From positions 1-32,906 of the forward strand of contig JANXWQ010000646.1 in NCBI GenBank assembly GCA_025351065.1: a stretch of 32,906 bases of DNA, read 5' to 3'. Under the pieces are notes generated by a model, which saw nothing but the letters and a program-made list of their open reading frames with translations, searched no databases and had not been told where the DNA came from. Position numbers and translations under genes: made by a program. The stretch comes from Chthoniobacter sp. GTDB lineage: Bacteria; Verrucomicrobiota; Verrucomicrobiia; Chthoniobacterales; Chthoniobacteraceae. Position 1 is the stretch's first letter; each line of letters begins with the position of its first letter. Below, one piece after another: positions 17,036 to 25,473 of the stretch.

Positions 17036-17665
17036 TCACGACGCCGCCGGCGGCTGGAGCTGGATGTGGCCGGCGACGAGGAGGAGGTCCTCCACCATTT
17101 CCACGAGGGCGTGGCCGATGGTGATGTGACATTCCTGGATGCGCGCGGTGTCGGCTGACGGCACGACGATGGGGTGGTCGCAGCAGGCCAGCGCCGGCCC
17201 GCTGCCGCCGCCGAGCAGCCCGGCGGTCGTCATTTTCAAACCGCGCGCGGCCTGCAAGGCGCGGATGACATTTGGCGAACGCCCCGAGGTGGTGAGACCG
17301 ATGAGCACGTCGCCGGGGCGGCCCAGCGCGAGGGTCATGCGCTCGTAGAAAGCCTCGAAGCCGAAGTCGTTGCCGCACGCGGTGAGGGAGGAGGTGTCGA
17401 GCGCCAGCGCGATGGCGGGGATGGCGTCGCGGTTCACATGCGAGCGGAGGCGGACGAGGAATTCGGCGGCGATATGCTGCGCGTCCGCGGCGGAACCGCC
17501 GTTGCCGCAGAGCAGCAGCTTGCCGCCGTTCGCGATGCTCGCCGCGCAGACTTTCGCGAGGGCCACCACGGCGTCGAGCTGCGTGGCGGCGAACTGCTGC
17601 TTGACGGCGATGGAGGCGGCGAAAATCTGCCGGGTGCGTTCTTGCAGTTGGTCGTCGTGGATCAC
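17036..17665 (-). CDS. gmhA: D-sedoheptulose-7-phosphate isomerase
   Basis: GGKLLLCGNGGSAADAQHIAAE, TACGNDFGF, GDVLIGLTTSGRSPNV, TARIQECHI; GTG start. Confidence 0.93.
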   Translation of the reverse strand: MIHDDQLQERTRQIFAASIAVKQQFAATQLDAVVALAKVCAASIANGGKLLLCGNGGSAADAQHIAAEFLVRLRSHVNRDAIPAIALALDTSSLTACGNDFGFEAFYERMTLALGRPGDVLIGLTTSGRSPNVIRALQAARGLKMTTAGLLGGGSGPALACCDHPIVVPSADTARIQECHITIGHALVEMVEDLLLVAGHIQLQPPAAS

Positions 17666-17675
17666 GGTGGCGCGG

Positions 17676-17705
17676 AGGCTAGGGAAGGGCGTCGGCTGCC
17701 GTCAA
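17676..17705 (-). promoter_or_regulatory. Sigma70-type promoter for gmhA-yjbQ (near-leaderless)
   Basis: Minus strand TTGACG (17705-17700), 18-nt spacer, TAGCCT (17681-17676), 10 nt upstream of GTG 17665. Confidence 0.65.
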
Positions 17706-17724
17706 CGGCGGCGGTCGGACTGGG

Positions 17725-17797
17725 GCTGTAGGGGAACCCGTTGGGTTCCCGCGATTCTCGGCGAGGATCGGGGGAAGCTGGCAGCTTCCCCTACAGC
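17725..17797. repeat. Inverted REP doublet (REPIN-like), GTAG family, with central hairpin
   Basis: GCTGTAGGGGAACCCGTTGGGTTCCC (17725-17750), CGATTCTCG-G-CGAGGATCG (17752-17770), GGGGAAGCTGGCAGCTTCCCCTACAGC (17771-17797). Confidence 0.85.
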
Positions 17798-18735
17798 GGC
17801 GCGAGCAGCGCGCTGAGGTGGTCGAGACCGGGGATGGCGGGGAGGATTTCGCGCAGCGAGTGGAGCGCGGCGGGGATGTGATCGAGGAAAGGCGTGCGAC
17901 CGTCGGTGTGGCCGAGTTTTCCATACGCGCCGAGCGCCTGCATGAGCCGCTGCATGGCGCACAGATCGTAGAGCGCGCGGAAGCCGGGCGCGGCGTGGCG
18001 GCCAGGGCCGTGCAGTCCGCTGAGGTAGTGGGCGAGGAGTTCTTCGCGCTCGGCGGGCGTGAGGGTGACGTAGGTATCGAGCAGCAGCGAGGCGAGGTCG
18101 TAATGCGCGAGGCCGGGGCGCAGTCCTTGGAAGTCGATGAGGCAGACTTCGCCGTCGCGGAGGATGATGTTCTGGCTTTGGAAATCGCGATGGACGAGGC
18201 AGCGCGGCTGCTGCGCGAGATGCCCGGCGATGTCGTGCAGCCGAGGCTTCACGGGAGCGCAGTCTTTTTCCGCGAGGCCGAAATGCCGCCCGAGGCAGTG
18301 CTCGAAAAAGTAGTCCTGCTCCCAGCGGTAGAGCGCGGCGTCGAAGACCGGCTGGAGGATCGTGAGCGAGTCCGCGCCCGGCGCGCGGTGCGCCTGCGTG
18401 TGCAAGATGAGCGCCTGGTCGAGCGTGCGCTGGTAGAGCGCGCGGCGCTGCGGCCACGGGTCGTGGCGGCGGCTCCAGAGGTCGGTCTCGCCGGCGTCTT
18501 CCATGATGATGAGCCCTTCGGTTTCATCGTGAAAATGCGTGACCGGCACGCGCACGCCGACGCTGGCGAGAAAGCGGGCGATGGCGACGTAATGTTTGTT
18601 CTCCGGGCGGTCCTCGCCGTAGCGCACGAGGATGAGCGACTGCCCGCCGACATGGATGCGCCAGAACTTCCGCCCCGAGCCGCCCTTTTCGATGGGGAGC
18701 ACGGAGACGGCGCGGGAGTGGAGCGGGCTGGCCAT
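17791..18735 (-). CDS. amgK: APH/choline-kinase-like phosphotransferase, AmgK (anomeric MurNAc/GlcNAc kinase)-like
   Basis: GGSGRKFWR, IIMEDAG, LVHRDFQSQNI, LIDFQG, YDLASLL.D.Y, QRLMQALGAYG; directly downstream of a MurU-like nucleotidyltransferase. Confidence 0.75.
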   Translation of the reverse strand: MASPLHSRAVSVLPIEKGGSGRKFWRIHVGGQSLILVRYGEDRPENKHYVAIARFLASVGVRVPVTHFHDETEGLIIMEDAGETDLWSRRHDPWPQRRALYQRTLDQALILHTQAHRAPGADSLTILQPVFDAALYRWEQDYFFEHCLGRHFGLAEKDCAPVKPRLHDIAGHLAQQPRCLVHRDFQSQNIILRDGEVCLIDFQGLRPGLAHYDLASLLLDTYVTLTPAEREELLAHYLSGLHGPGRHAAPGFRALYDLCAMQRLMQALGAYGKLGHTDGRTPFLDHIPAALHSLREILPAIPGLDHLSALLAPL

Positions 18736-18759
18736 GACGGGAAAAGTGTCGTGCGATTT

Positions 18760-19701
18760 CTAGGCGAAGTCGAAATCCGTGTGCGTGCCCTCGGCGCGCG
18801 CGGCGCGGGTGACGATGCAGCGGTTGAGCTGTGCGCCCGCCGCGACCTCGGCGTTTTCCCACACGATGCAATCGTGCAGCGCCGCGCCTGCGCCGATGCG
18901 CGCGCCGGAGGCGATGGCGGTCGCGCCGGTAAGCCGCGCGTCGGGTGCGATCTGCGCGGCGGCGTGCAGCCACGGCGGGCGGGTCGCGGCGGGTTCGCGC
19001 TCGGCGAGTGCGGCATGCACGGCGAGATACTGCCCGCGCGAACCAAGGTCCCACCAGCTCCCGTCGTCGATGACGATGCCGCCGAGCTTGGCGCCCGCGC
19101 GGATCATTTCGCAGAAAATGGGGATGACGCTGATCTTCGTGGCGGGCGGGATGCGGCGGATGAATTCCGGGCTCACGATGTAGATGCCGGTGAAAAGAAA
19201 ACGCGGCGCGGCGTCCGGCGCGACGAGGCCGCTGATGTCGGTCACGCGCCCGCGCGCGGTGTCGCAGGCGACCTGGAGCGGGCCGTCTTTCGAGCGGAGC
19301 ACCAGGGTCACTTCATGGCCGTGCTCGTGGTGCGCGCGGATCGCGGGCTCGAGCGGGATGTCGGTGAAGATGTCGCCGTTATAAACGATCAGCGGCTCGT
19401 GACGCAGCAGGTCGCGCACGTTCCAAATGCCGCCCGCGGTTTCCAGCACCTCGGGCGCTTCGGCGCGGAAAAAAAGCTCGGCATCGCGGTAGCTGCCGTT
19501 CGGGAAAAACTCCGCGTAGCGCTCGGCCTGCCAGTGCGTGTTCACGATCAGACGGGTGACGCCGGCGGCGAGCAGGCGGTCGAAGGCGTGCTCGATGAGC
19601 GGATGGTTGCGGATGGGGATGAGCGGCTTCGGCCGGCGCAGCGTGAGCGGGCGCAGCCGCGTGCCGAGGCCGGCGCCGAGGACGAATGCGGTGGTGATCA
19701 A
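18760..19701 (-). CDS. murU: Sugar-phosphate nucleotidyltransferase, MurU-like, with short C-terminal left-handed beta-helix (313 aa)
   Basis: AFVLGAGLGTRLRPLT..PKPL, VNTHW, LETAGGI, VYNGDI, FTGIY, WWDLG; hexapeptide-like C-terminus. Likely TTG start at 19701. Confidence 0.7.
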   Translation of the reverse strand: MITTAFVLGAGLGTRLRPLTLRRPKPLIPIRNHPLIEHAFDRLLAAGVTRLIVNTHWQAERYAEFFPNGSYRDAELFFRAEAPEVLETAGGIWNVRDLLRHEPLIVYNGDIFTDIPLEPAIRAHHEHGHEVTLVLRSKDGPLQVACDTARGRVTDISGLVAPDAAPRFLFTGIYIVSPEFIRRIPPATKISVIPIFCEMIRAGAKLGGIVIDDGSWWDLGSRGQYLAVHAALAEREPAATRPPWLHAAAQIAPDARLTGATAIASGARIGAGAALHDCIVWENAEVAAGAQLNRCIVTRAARAEGTHTDFDFA

Positions 19702-19786
19702 AAAAGGTGGCGGGTGGTTGGTGAAAAAAGCGCCGCGCTTTCTAGCACCCGCCGCGGACAAATCACCAATCACTTTCCCCGCCGCC

Positions 19787-22048
19787 CTACGGCTCGTTCA
19801 CGCGCAGGCGCAAAAAGGAGCGCGTGCTGCTGAGTGGCTGCGTGCCGCGGATGGTGACGGTTTCGGTGCCGTCGAACTGGTCGGCGGGCGGGCCGATTTG
19901 ATGCGTGGCTTCATCGACGGCGCTCCAACTGGCGAGGTCGGTGGACTCTTCCACGACGTAGCTCACGCCGGGCGGCACGGCGCGGCGGCGGCGAAAGGTG
20001 AGGGCCAGCCAGTCCGCGCCGCCGGCGGTGATTTTGTGGATCTCCGGCGCTTTGGCGGCGAGGTCGCGCGCGGCAGGATCGAGCCCGAGTGCGAACTCGA
20101 AAAAATTCGTGAAGCCATCGCCGTCCGGGTCGGCATCGTTTGCGGCGGCGGCGGTGTTTTCCGCGCCGGGAAAATGCCGTGCGCGCCACTGCTCGAGCGG
20201 GCTGCGCACATGCAGCGACATGGTCTTTTGCCCCGTGCCCCAAATGCTGCTCGCAGAAAGCACGAGCGTGAAATCATCCCCGAAAACGGGCGCGGTGCCG
20301 GAGATGACGCCGCTCGCGGAATCAAGCTGGAGGCTGATCGGACGCCCGTTCGCGCCGAAGCTCAGCGGCGCGTTCGTGGCGGTGATAAGGTAGCTGAACG
20401 GCGCGCCCGCATCCACGCTCGCGCGGCCCGCGCTGGTGATGACGGGCGCGGGATGCGACTCGGTGTAGATGGCTTTGACCTGCGGATTGCCGGAGTCCGG
20501 AAACCAACTGCGGAAGAGCAAAATGTCGCCCGCGCTCACGGCGCTGACGAGCGCGCTGTGGTTCGCCGTCCAGTCGCAGTCCTTGGGCTCAATGGTGGTG
20601 AGCGCCTGCGGATAGACCGCGCGGCTGCGCGCCGCGGTGGCGTAGAAGCCGCCGCTCGCCACTTCGCGGTAGGGCGCGGTCGAGGCCCAGTAGCCGGTGC
20701 GAGGGATTTCCGGAATGACGAGCACGCCCGGGTGCAGCGCGTGGAGCGCGGCGAAAACGGACGCGCGCATGAGCCGGGCGGTGAAGGTGCCGGTGTTGTC
20801 GAAGGTCCAATCGACATTGGAATCGACGTAGAAAAGCGTGCAGCCCCAGCGGCTTTGCGCGTAGGCGATTTTGTCGCTGAGGTTCGTCAGCACGTCGAAG
20901 CCGTAGTTGTCGTGATCCCAGACGTGGCCGTTGCCGGGGAAGCCGGGCACGATGCGCGAGGGCCGCAGGCAGACGCCGGTGCGCAGCCCGGCGGCGAGAA
21001 ATTTCGCGAAAAACTCATTGGCAATGCCGTCCATCTCCGGCGCGAGGCTGCCGACCACGCGCGGGTCGCCGGCGTAGGTGATGTAGGGGTACTGCTCGCC
21101 CTCCACGTTCCAGAAAATCATACCCTGCGCGTTCATGTCGCGCAGCCGCGCGATGGTGTCGTCGGCCTTCGCGAGCATCTGCACGCGAAAGTTCGCGCGC
21201 CCTGCCGGGGTTACGGTGTCGAGCGCGGGTTCGTTCAGCCAGCCGCGCGGATTCGTGGCCGAGGCGTGGTAGCCGCTGGCGAGAAAAAGCGTGCCGATGG
21301 CGCGGCGATCCGGCCACGCGAGGACGGGCGGGATTTGCGCGCGCAGCGCGGCGTGCAGGTCGCCGATGAGTGATTCGGGATCGGTGCCCGCGGGCGCGAA
21401 GCGCATAGAGAGGGCGTACTGCGCCGTGCTGTGCGGAGCGATGCGCGGATCGTCGGGGCAGTTCGTGACCACGGTGGTCATGCGCACCACGCGGTGCTGC
21501 GCGCCGTCGGGCGAGGCGAAGCCGAACTTCAGCGGCGCGCCCGGCAGGTCGTTGCACAGCACGAGCAGCCCGCTGCCGTAGTCCACGGGCAGCGCGGTGA
21601 GGTCGTCGATGTTCAGGTCCGAAACCTCGAAGCCATTCGCCCATTGCCCGCCCACGGGCAGGCTGGGAAACTGCGCGGTCAGCAGCGCGACGGAACACTC
21701 CACGATCGGGTCGCTGCTGCTGTTCACCACGGCGACCTGGAACGTGAGCCGGCTGCCCGCGGTCACGTAGCTCACGGTCACGGAGCCCCACGGGTAGGTG
21801 ATGGTGCGGCGCTTTTGCGCGAGGTCGAAAACGTTCTGGGTCGGGCCGACTTCGTAGTGGGTGCCGCCGGGATTTTGCAAAATGACAATGGCCTGCACCG
21901 CGCCGCTGGCCGCGAATTCCGCGCCCTGATACTGCACCGACGTGAGGCCGCTGGCGGTGAAAACCGTCTGCATCTGCGCGGCCGCCTGCGCCGCTCCCGC
22001 GAGCAGCGCGAGGAGCGTGAACAGCCAGAGATGTAGTGTTCGCGACAT
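19787..22048 (-). CDS. Secreted protein: beta-sandwich + unassigned (beta/alpha)8-like domain + He_PIG Ig domain + verrucomicrobial-type C-terminal domain (753 aa)
   Basis: Signal peptide MSRTLHLWLFTLLALLAGAAQA; Ig-like APVITS..FSYLITAT..LDSASGVISGT; C-terminal DPDGDGFTNFFEFALGLDP...FLRLRV. Start ATG 22048. Confidence 0.8.
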   Translation of the reverse strand: MSRTLHLWLFTLLALLAGAAQAAAQMQTVFTASGLTSVQYQGAEFAASGAVQAIVILQNPGGTHYEVGPTQNVFDLAQKRRTITYPWGSVTVSYVTAGSRLTFQVAVVNSSSDPIVECSVALLTAQFPSLPVGGQWANGFEVSDLNIDDLTALPVDYGSGLLVLCNDLPGAPLKFGFASPDGAQHRVVRMTTVVTNCPDDPRIAPHSTAQYALSMRFAPAGTDPESLIGDLHAALRAQIPPVLAWPDRRAIGTLFLASGYHASATNPRGWLNEPALDTVTPAGRANFRVQMLAKADDTIARLRDMNAQGMIFWNVEGEQYPYITYAGDPRVVGSLAPEMDGIANEFFAKFLAAGLRTGVCLRPSRIVPGFPGNGHVWDHDNYGFDVLTNLSDKIAYAQSRWGCTLFYVDSNVDWTFDNTGTFTARLMRASVFAALHALHPGVLVIPEIPRTGYWASTAPYREVASGGFYATAARSRAVYPQALTTIEPKDCDWTANHSALVSAVSAGDILLFRSWFPDSGNPQVKAIYTESHPAPVITSAGRASVDAGAPFSYLITATNAPLSFGANGRPISLQLDSASGVISGTAPVFGDDFTLVLSASSIWGTGQKTMSLHVRSPLEQWRARHFPGAENTAAAANDADPDGDGFTNFFEFALGLDPAARDLAAKAPEIHKITAGGADWLALTFRRRRAVPPGVSYVVEESTDLASWSAVDEATHQIGPPADQFDGTETVTIRGTQPLSSTRSFLRLRVNEP

Positions 22049-22128
22049 GCGGACGTGCCTTAAAAAATTCCGCGCAACTTTCTCCGGAATGTCGCGGTGG
22101 GCAAGTGCGCAAGCGGGCCCGCCCCCCA

Positions 22129-22674
22129 CTATTCCATCCCCAGCTTCTCCCGCCCGGCGGGCGAGATGCGCTCCGGCGACCACGGCGGATCCCACACGAG
22201 CTGCACATTCGCGCGCGCGACGCCGGACACCGTGAGGATGCGCTGCTCGGCATCCGCGGCGAGCGACGGGCCCATGCCGCAACCGGGTGCGGTGAGCGTC
22301 ATTTTTACGCTCACGGCCTGGCCTTTGCCGCTCTCATCGGCGGCGCAATCGACGGAATAAATGAGCCCGAGATCGACGATGTTCACCGGGATTTCCGGGT
22401 CGTAACACTCACGAAGCTGCGCCCACACTTGCGCTTCGTCGAACGGCCCGTCCGCCGCCGCGCCGCCCGTGGCGACTTTCTTGCCGAGCGCGTCGCCGTC
22501 CGCGCCTTTGATGCGAAAAAGCCCGGCCTGGTTCGCGACGAGCACGGTGTAGCTGCCGCCGAGCGCCTGGGTGATCATCACCTCGGAGCCGGCCGTGAGT
22601 GTGAGGGCATCGCCCATCGGGATGCGGATGGCTTCGACGTCGCGGGTGAGCGGGATGTAGTTGGATTCGGACAT
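22129..22674 (-). CDS. sufT: Putative Fe-S cluster assembly protein SufT (DUF59, with N-terminal extension; 181 aa)
   Basis: LTRDVEA..IP.G, ITQALGGSYTV, CYDPEIPVNIVDLGLIY, MTLTAPGCGMG, LVWDPPW. Confidence 0.92.
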   Translation of the reverse strand: MSESNYIPLTRDVEAIRIPMGDALTLTAGSEVMITQALGGSYTVLVANQAGLFRIKGADGDALGKKVATGGAAADGPFDEAQVWAQLRECYDPEIPVNIVDLGLIYSVDCAADESGKGQAVSVKMTLTAPGCGMGPSLAADAEQRILTVSGVARANVQLVWDPPWSPERISPAGREKLGME

Positions 22675-22691
22675 GCGCGTGGTTTTGAAAC

Positions 22692-23045
22692 TCAGCGCTG
22701 CACCTTCCAGCGCGTCTCCGGCGTGAGATTGATCTCCTCCTTTTTCACCTCGAAGCCGCACGCCTGGAGCAGGTACGCCACGCCCTCCGCGCTGCTCATC
22801 GTTTGCTTCAGGCTGTGGGCGAAAAGTTCGATGTATTCCTTGTAGCTTTCGAGCGCCAGGGTGCCCTCGCCGACGTAGCGCGCCAGCTCCTGATCGTGGC
22901 TTTCGATCATGTCGAAAAGCGCGCGCCGCAGCCGTACGCGCATCACCGGATCGACCACGAGTTTGAACGGATTCGCGCCGGGATCGGACGGCAGCGGTTC
23001 ATTGGCGAGGTCGAAATTGATGGTGGTCAGAGCGGTGTCGTTCAT
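22692..23045 (-). CDS. Hypothetical acidic, helical protein (117 aa)
   Basis: Host-like codon use, protein-like composition, own promoter motif, ends 17 nt before sufT; no family recognised. Confidence 0.75.
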   Translation of the reverse strand: MNDTALTTINFDLANEPLPSDPGANPFKLVVDPVMRVRLRRALFDMIESHDQELARYVGEGTLALESYKEYIELFAHSLKQTMSSAEGVAYLLQACGFEVKKEEINLTPETRWKVQR

Positions 23046-23086
23046 GGCGGTTTTGTTTTTGAAAAAATTGGGTGTGGAGAGCGCGG

Positions 23087-23115
23087 AGGCTAGGGCGTTT
23101 TCGTCGAATGAACAA
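23087..23115 (-). promoter_or_regulatory. Sigma70-type promoter for the orphan-sufT operon
   Basis: Minus strand TTGTTC (23115-23110), 17-nt spacer, TAGCCT (23092-23087); the 15-mer around the -10 is identical to that of the gmhA promoter. Confidence 0.6.
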
Positions 23116-23160
23116 ACTGTCATCGCGATTTATATTCGGCGGCCAGACCCGCTCCGCCAC

Positions 23161-23454
23161 GCGCGAAGCGAACCAAAAACCTGCCGTCATTCTGAACGGA
23201 GTTCCGGGAGGCTTGGCGACCGGAACGCAGTGCAGAACCGCTGACAGAAATGGGCGGTGGCGGTGGCAGGGGCAGCACTCCGTGCCGTCCGCGAACGTGA
23301 ACCCGCGCCCGCCGCCTCGCTGGCGCTCGCCCCGGACGGCACGGAGTGCCGTCCCTACCCATGGTACCGTCAGCGATCCTTCACTCCGCCTTTGTCGCCG
23401 AACCTCAAATGGCGGCGTTCAGGATGACGGCAGGTTTTTGGTTTCGCTCCGCGC
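23161..23454. mobile_element. Nested palindromic MITE/REPIN-like element (294 bp)
   Basis: Outer ~38-bp inverted repeats 23161-23198 / 23416-23454; middle arms 23229-23245 / 23369-23385; inner GTAG-family REP doublet ~23265-23291 / 23333-23359; two side hairpins. Confidence 0.75.
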
Positions 23455-23455
23455 T

Positions 23456-25473
23456 TCACACCGTCTGAGGTGTGGCACCCGACAGCGGAGGCGTTCCCCC
23501 TTTGCCCCCGCCGCTAAAACTCCGCCACACGCTCAGTGGCAGCGAGCCCAGCGCGATGAGCGCGGCCTGGCTGGCGACGAAGGCGATGAGCGCCACGCGT
23601 TCCTGATCCATGAAGCCGTAGCTGTGCAGCCCGACGCCGAGCATGTTCGTGCCGAAAAAGGACCACGTCGTGACGATGTTGCCGAAGATCGCGAGGTTCG
23701 CGAGGCCGCGCTCGCGCACCATGCCGCCCCAGCGCGCGTGGAGGATGAGCACGTTCCAGAGCACGATGATGAGCGCGCCGTTTTCCTTCGGATCCCAGCC
23801 CCAGAACCGGCCCCAGCTTTGATCCGCCCAGATGCCGCCGAGCACCGTGCCGACGAAGCTGAAGAGCGCGGCGAAGCAGGTGATCGCGTAGATCATTTTC
23901 GCAAGCGACTGGCGCAGCGGCGCGTCGAGCCCGGTGGTGAAAAGACCACGCAGCACGAAGATTATTGCGAGGAACCCGGACACGTAGGTGCTCGCGTAGC
24001 CGAGCGTGACAATGACGACGTGCGTCGCGAGCCAGAAATTCGTGTCGAGCACGGCGCGCATCATTTCCATGGTATCGCCGGCGAGCGCGAGATGGTGCGC
24101 GATGAGCAGCGTGGAAAAGCCGATGATCGCCGAGACAATGACGCCGATGGAATTGCGCCACACGGTTTCCAGCACCAGCCCGAGCACGCACGCGGCGAAG
24201 CCGATGAAGACGGCGGCGGAGTAAAGATTCGTCACCGGCGGGCGGCCCTCAGCGCCATGCGGAAGATGAGCCCGCCCGCGTGGATCACGAGCGCGAGCAG
24301 GCACAGCATGACCGCGGTGCGGCGCAGCCACTCGCCGCTCACCGGCGCAAACCAAAAGCAGATCGCGCACAGCCCCACGGCCACGTAGATCGCCATCGCG
24401 TTGGTGAAAGGCGAGAGCTGGTTGAAGAACTGCTCGCGCGCGGCCTTCGTGCTGACCGTGCCGAATTGCGGCTGAAGCTGCGCAAGATAGTCGGCGGCGG
24501 CGGCGTTGAAATCGGCGGCGCGGCCGGCGCGGAAAGCGTCGCCCATCTGCGCGTAGGCATGCAGCGCGGGGTGCGGCGTGCTGCCGCTGGCCGCGGACAT
24601 CAGCGCGTCGCTCGTGCCGCGCCAGGTGTCGGGCGATTTTTCGGGATCGGCGGTGGGGATGAGGAAGGCCTGGCCTTTCATCGACATCGCCTCGAAGCGC
24701 ACGAGGTCACGCTTGAAAGCAGCGAGCGCCTTCTCGTCGTGCGGCTTGCCGTCGCGCGACGCGAGCATCGCGGTGCGGCCCCCCTCGGTGCTGTCGAGGA
24801 ACGCGGCCATCTCGGCTTTCCAGTCGGCGGCGTCCTGCGGCTTCATCTCCTCGGCCATTTTTAGAAACTCCTCCGCGCCCTCGGGCGGCGCGGCCTTGAG
24901 CGCGGCGAGCACATCGGTCACGCGCGGCTGCGCGAGGTTTTCCAGCCGCCAGAAAAGCTGCACCTGTTTCAAAAGCTGGAGCACCGCGCGCTGATACGGC
25001 GACTGCAATTCCGCCTTCACGCCCGCGGCCTGCCGCGCCTGCTCCTGCAAGGCCCCGAGTTGCGGACGGATTTGCGCGTAGGCAAAGTGCTTTCCGTCCG
25101 CGTTCCTGGTTTCATCAGGCTCTACGGGCAGCGCGAGGGTCTGCTTCAGCTCCAGATTATCGATGCGGAAATTGGGCCGCGCCTCGGCGGTTTCGGGCTT
25201 GAACATGACCTCGGCCAGCCACTCCGTCGCCGGCATGATGCGCTGTTTGTCTGGGCCTTTGAGCGCAGTCGAGGAGATCGCCGAGCCCTTTTCGCGGAGC
25301 TGGAGGAGCGAGTTGCGCGCGAGCGAATCGAGCGGCTGGAAACGTCCGTTCGCCATCGCCGGGATGCGCCCGAATTTCTGCCAGTCAAAATCCTGCACCG
25401 GCGCGGGCCGCAGCCCGCCGAAAGCGTAGATGGCGAAGACAGCGGTGATGATCCAAGGAAGCCACTTTTTCAT
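23456..25473 (-). pseudogene. ccsA: Cytochrome c biogenesis protein CcsA (System II heme lyase), interrupted by a 1-nt deletion at 24250/24251 (672 aa if restored; may be a sequence error or a split gene)
   Basis: Upstream frame (25473-24232) has GRFQPLDSLARN and ends ..GLIFRMAL; downstream frame resumes EGRPPVTNLYS, VLDTNFWLATHV, WWD motif GGIWADQSWGRFWGWDPKE, GLHSYG. Confidence 0.85.

Noticed and set aside
17791-18735. Aminoglycoside-resistance kinase call
   Set aside because: HRDFQSQN/IDFQ motifs and linkage to a MurU-like gene indicate a sugar kinase.
17818-21373. 671-aa and 611-aa plus-strand ORFs
   Set aside because: Shadows of the amgK/murU-like genes and the Ig-domain gene.
23161-23454. 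Riboswitch or tRNA interpretation of the structured region
   Set aside because: No aptamer consensus or cloverleaf recognised; it lies upstream of the next promoter and its symmetry fits a repeat element.
24240-24260. Programmed ribosomal frameshift in ccsA
   Set aside because: No X-XXY-YYZ slippery heptamer or homopolymer at the break.
23072-24388. 438-aa and 80-aa ORFs across the nested palindrome as a possible transposase
   Set aside because: No HUH/Y1 or DDE motifs; they are translations of the repeat and of antisense ccsA.
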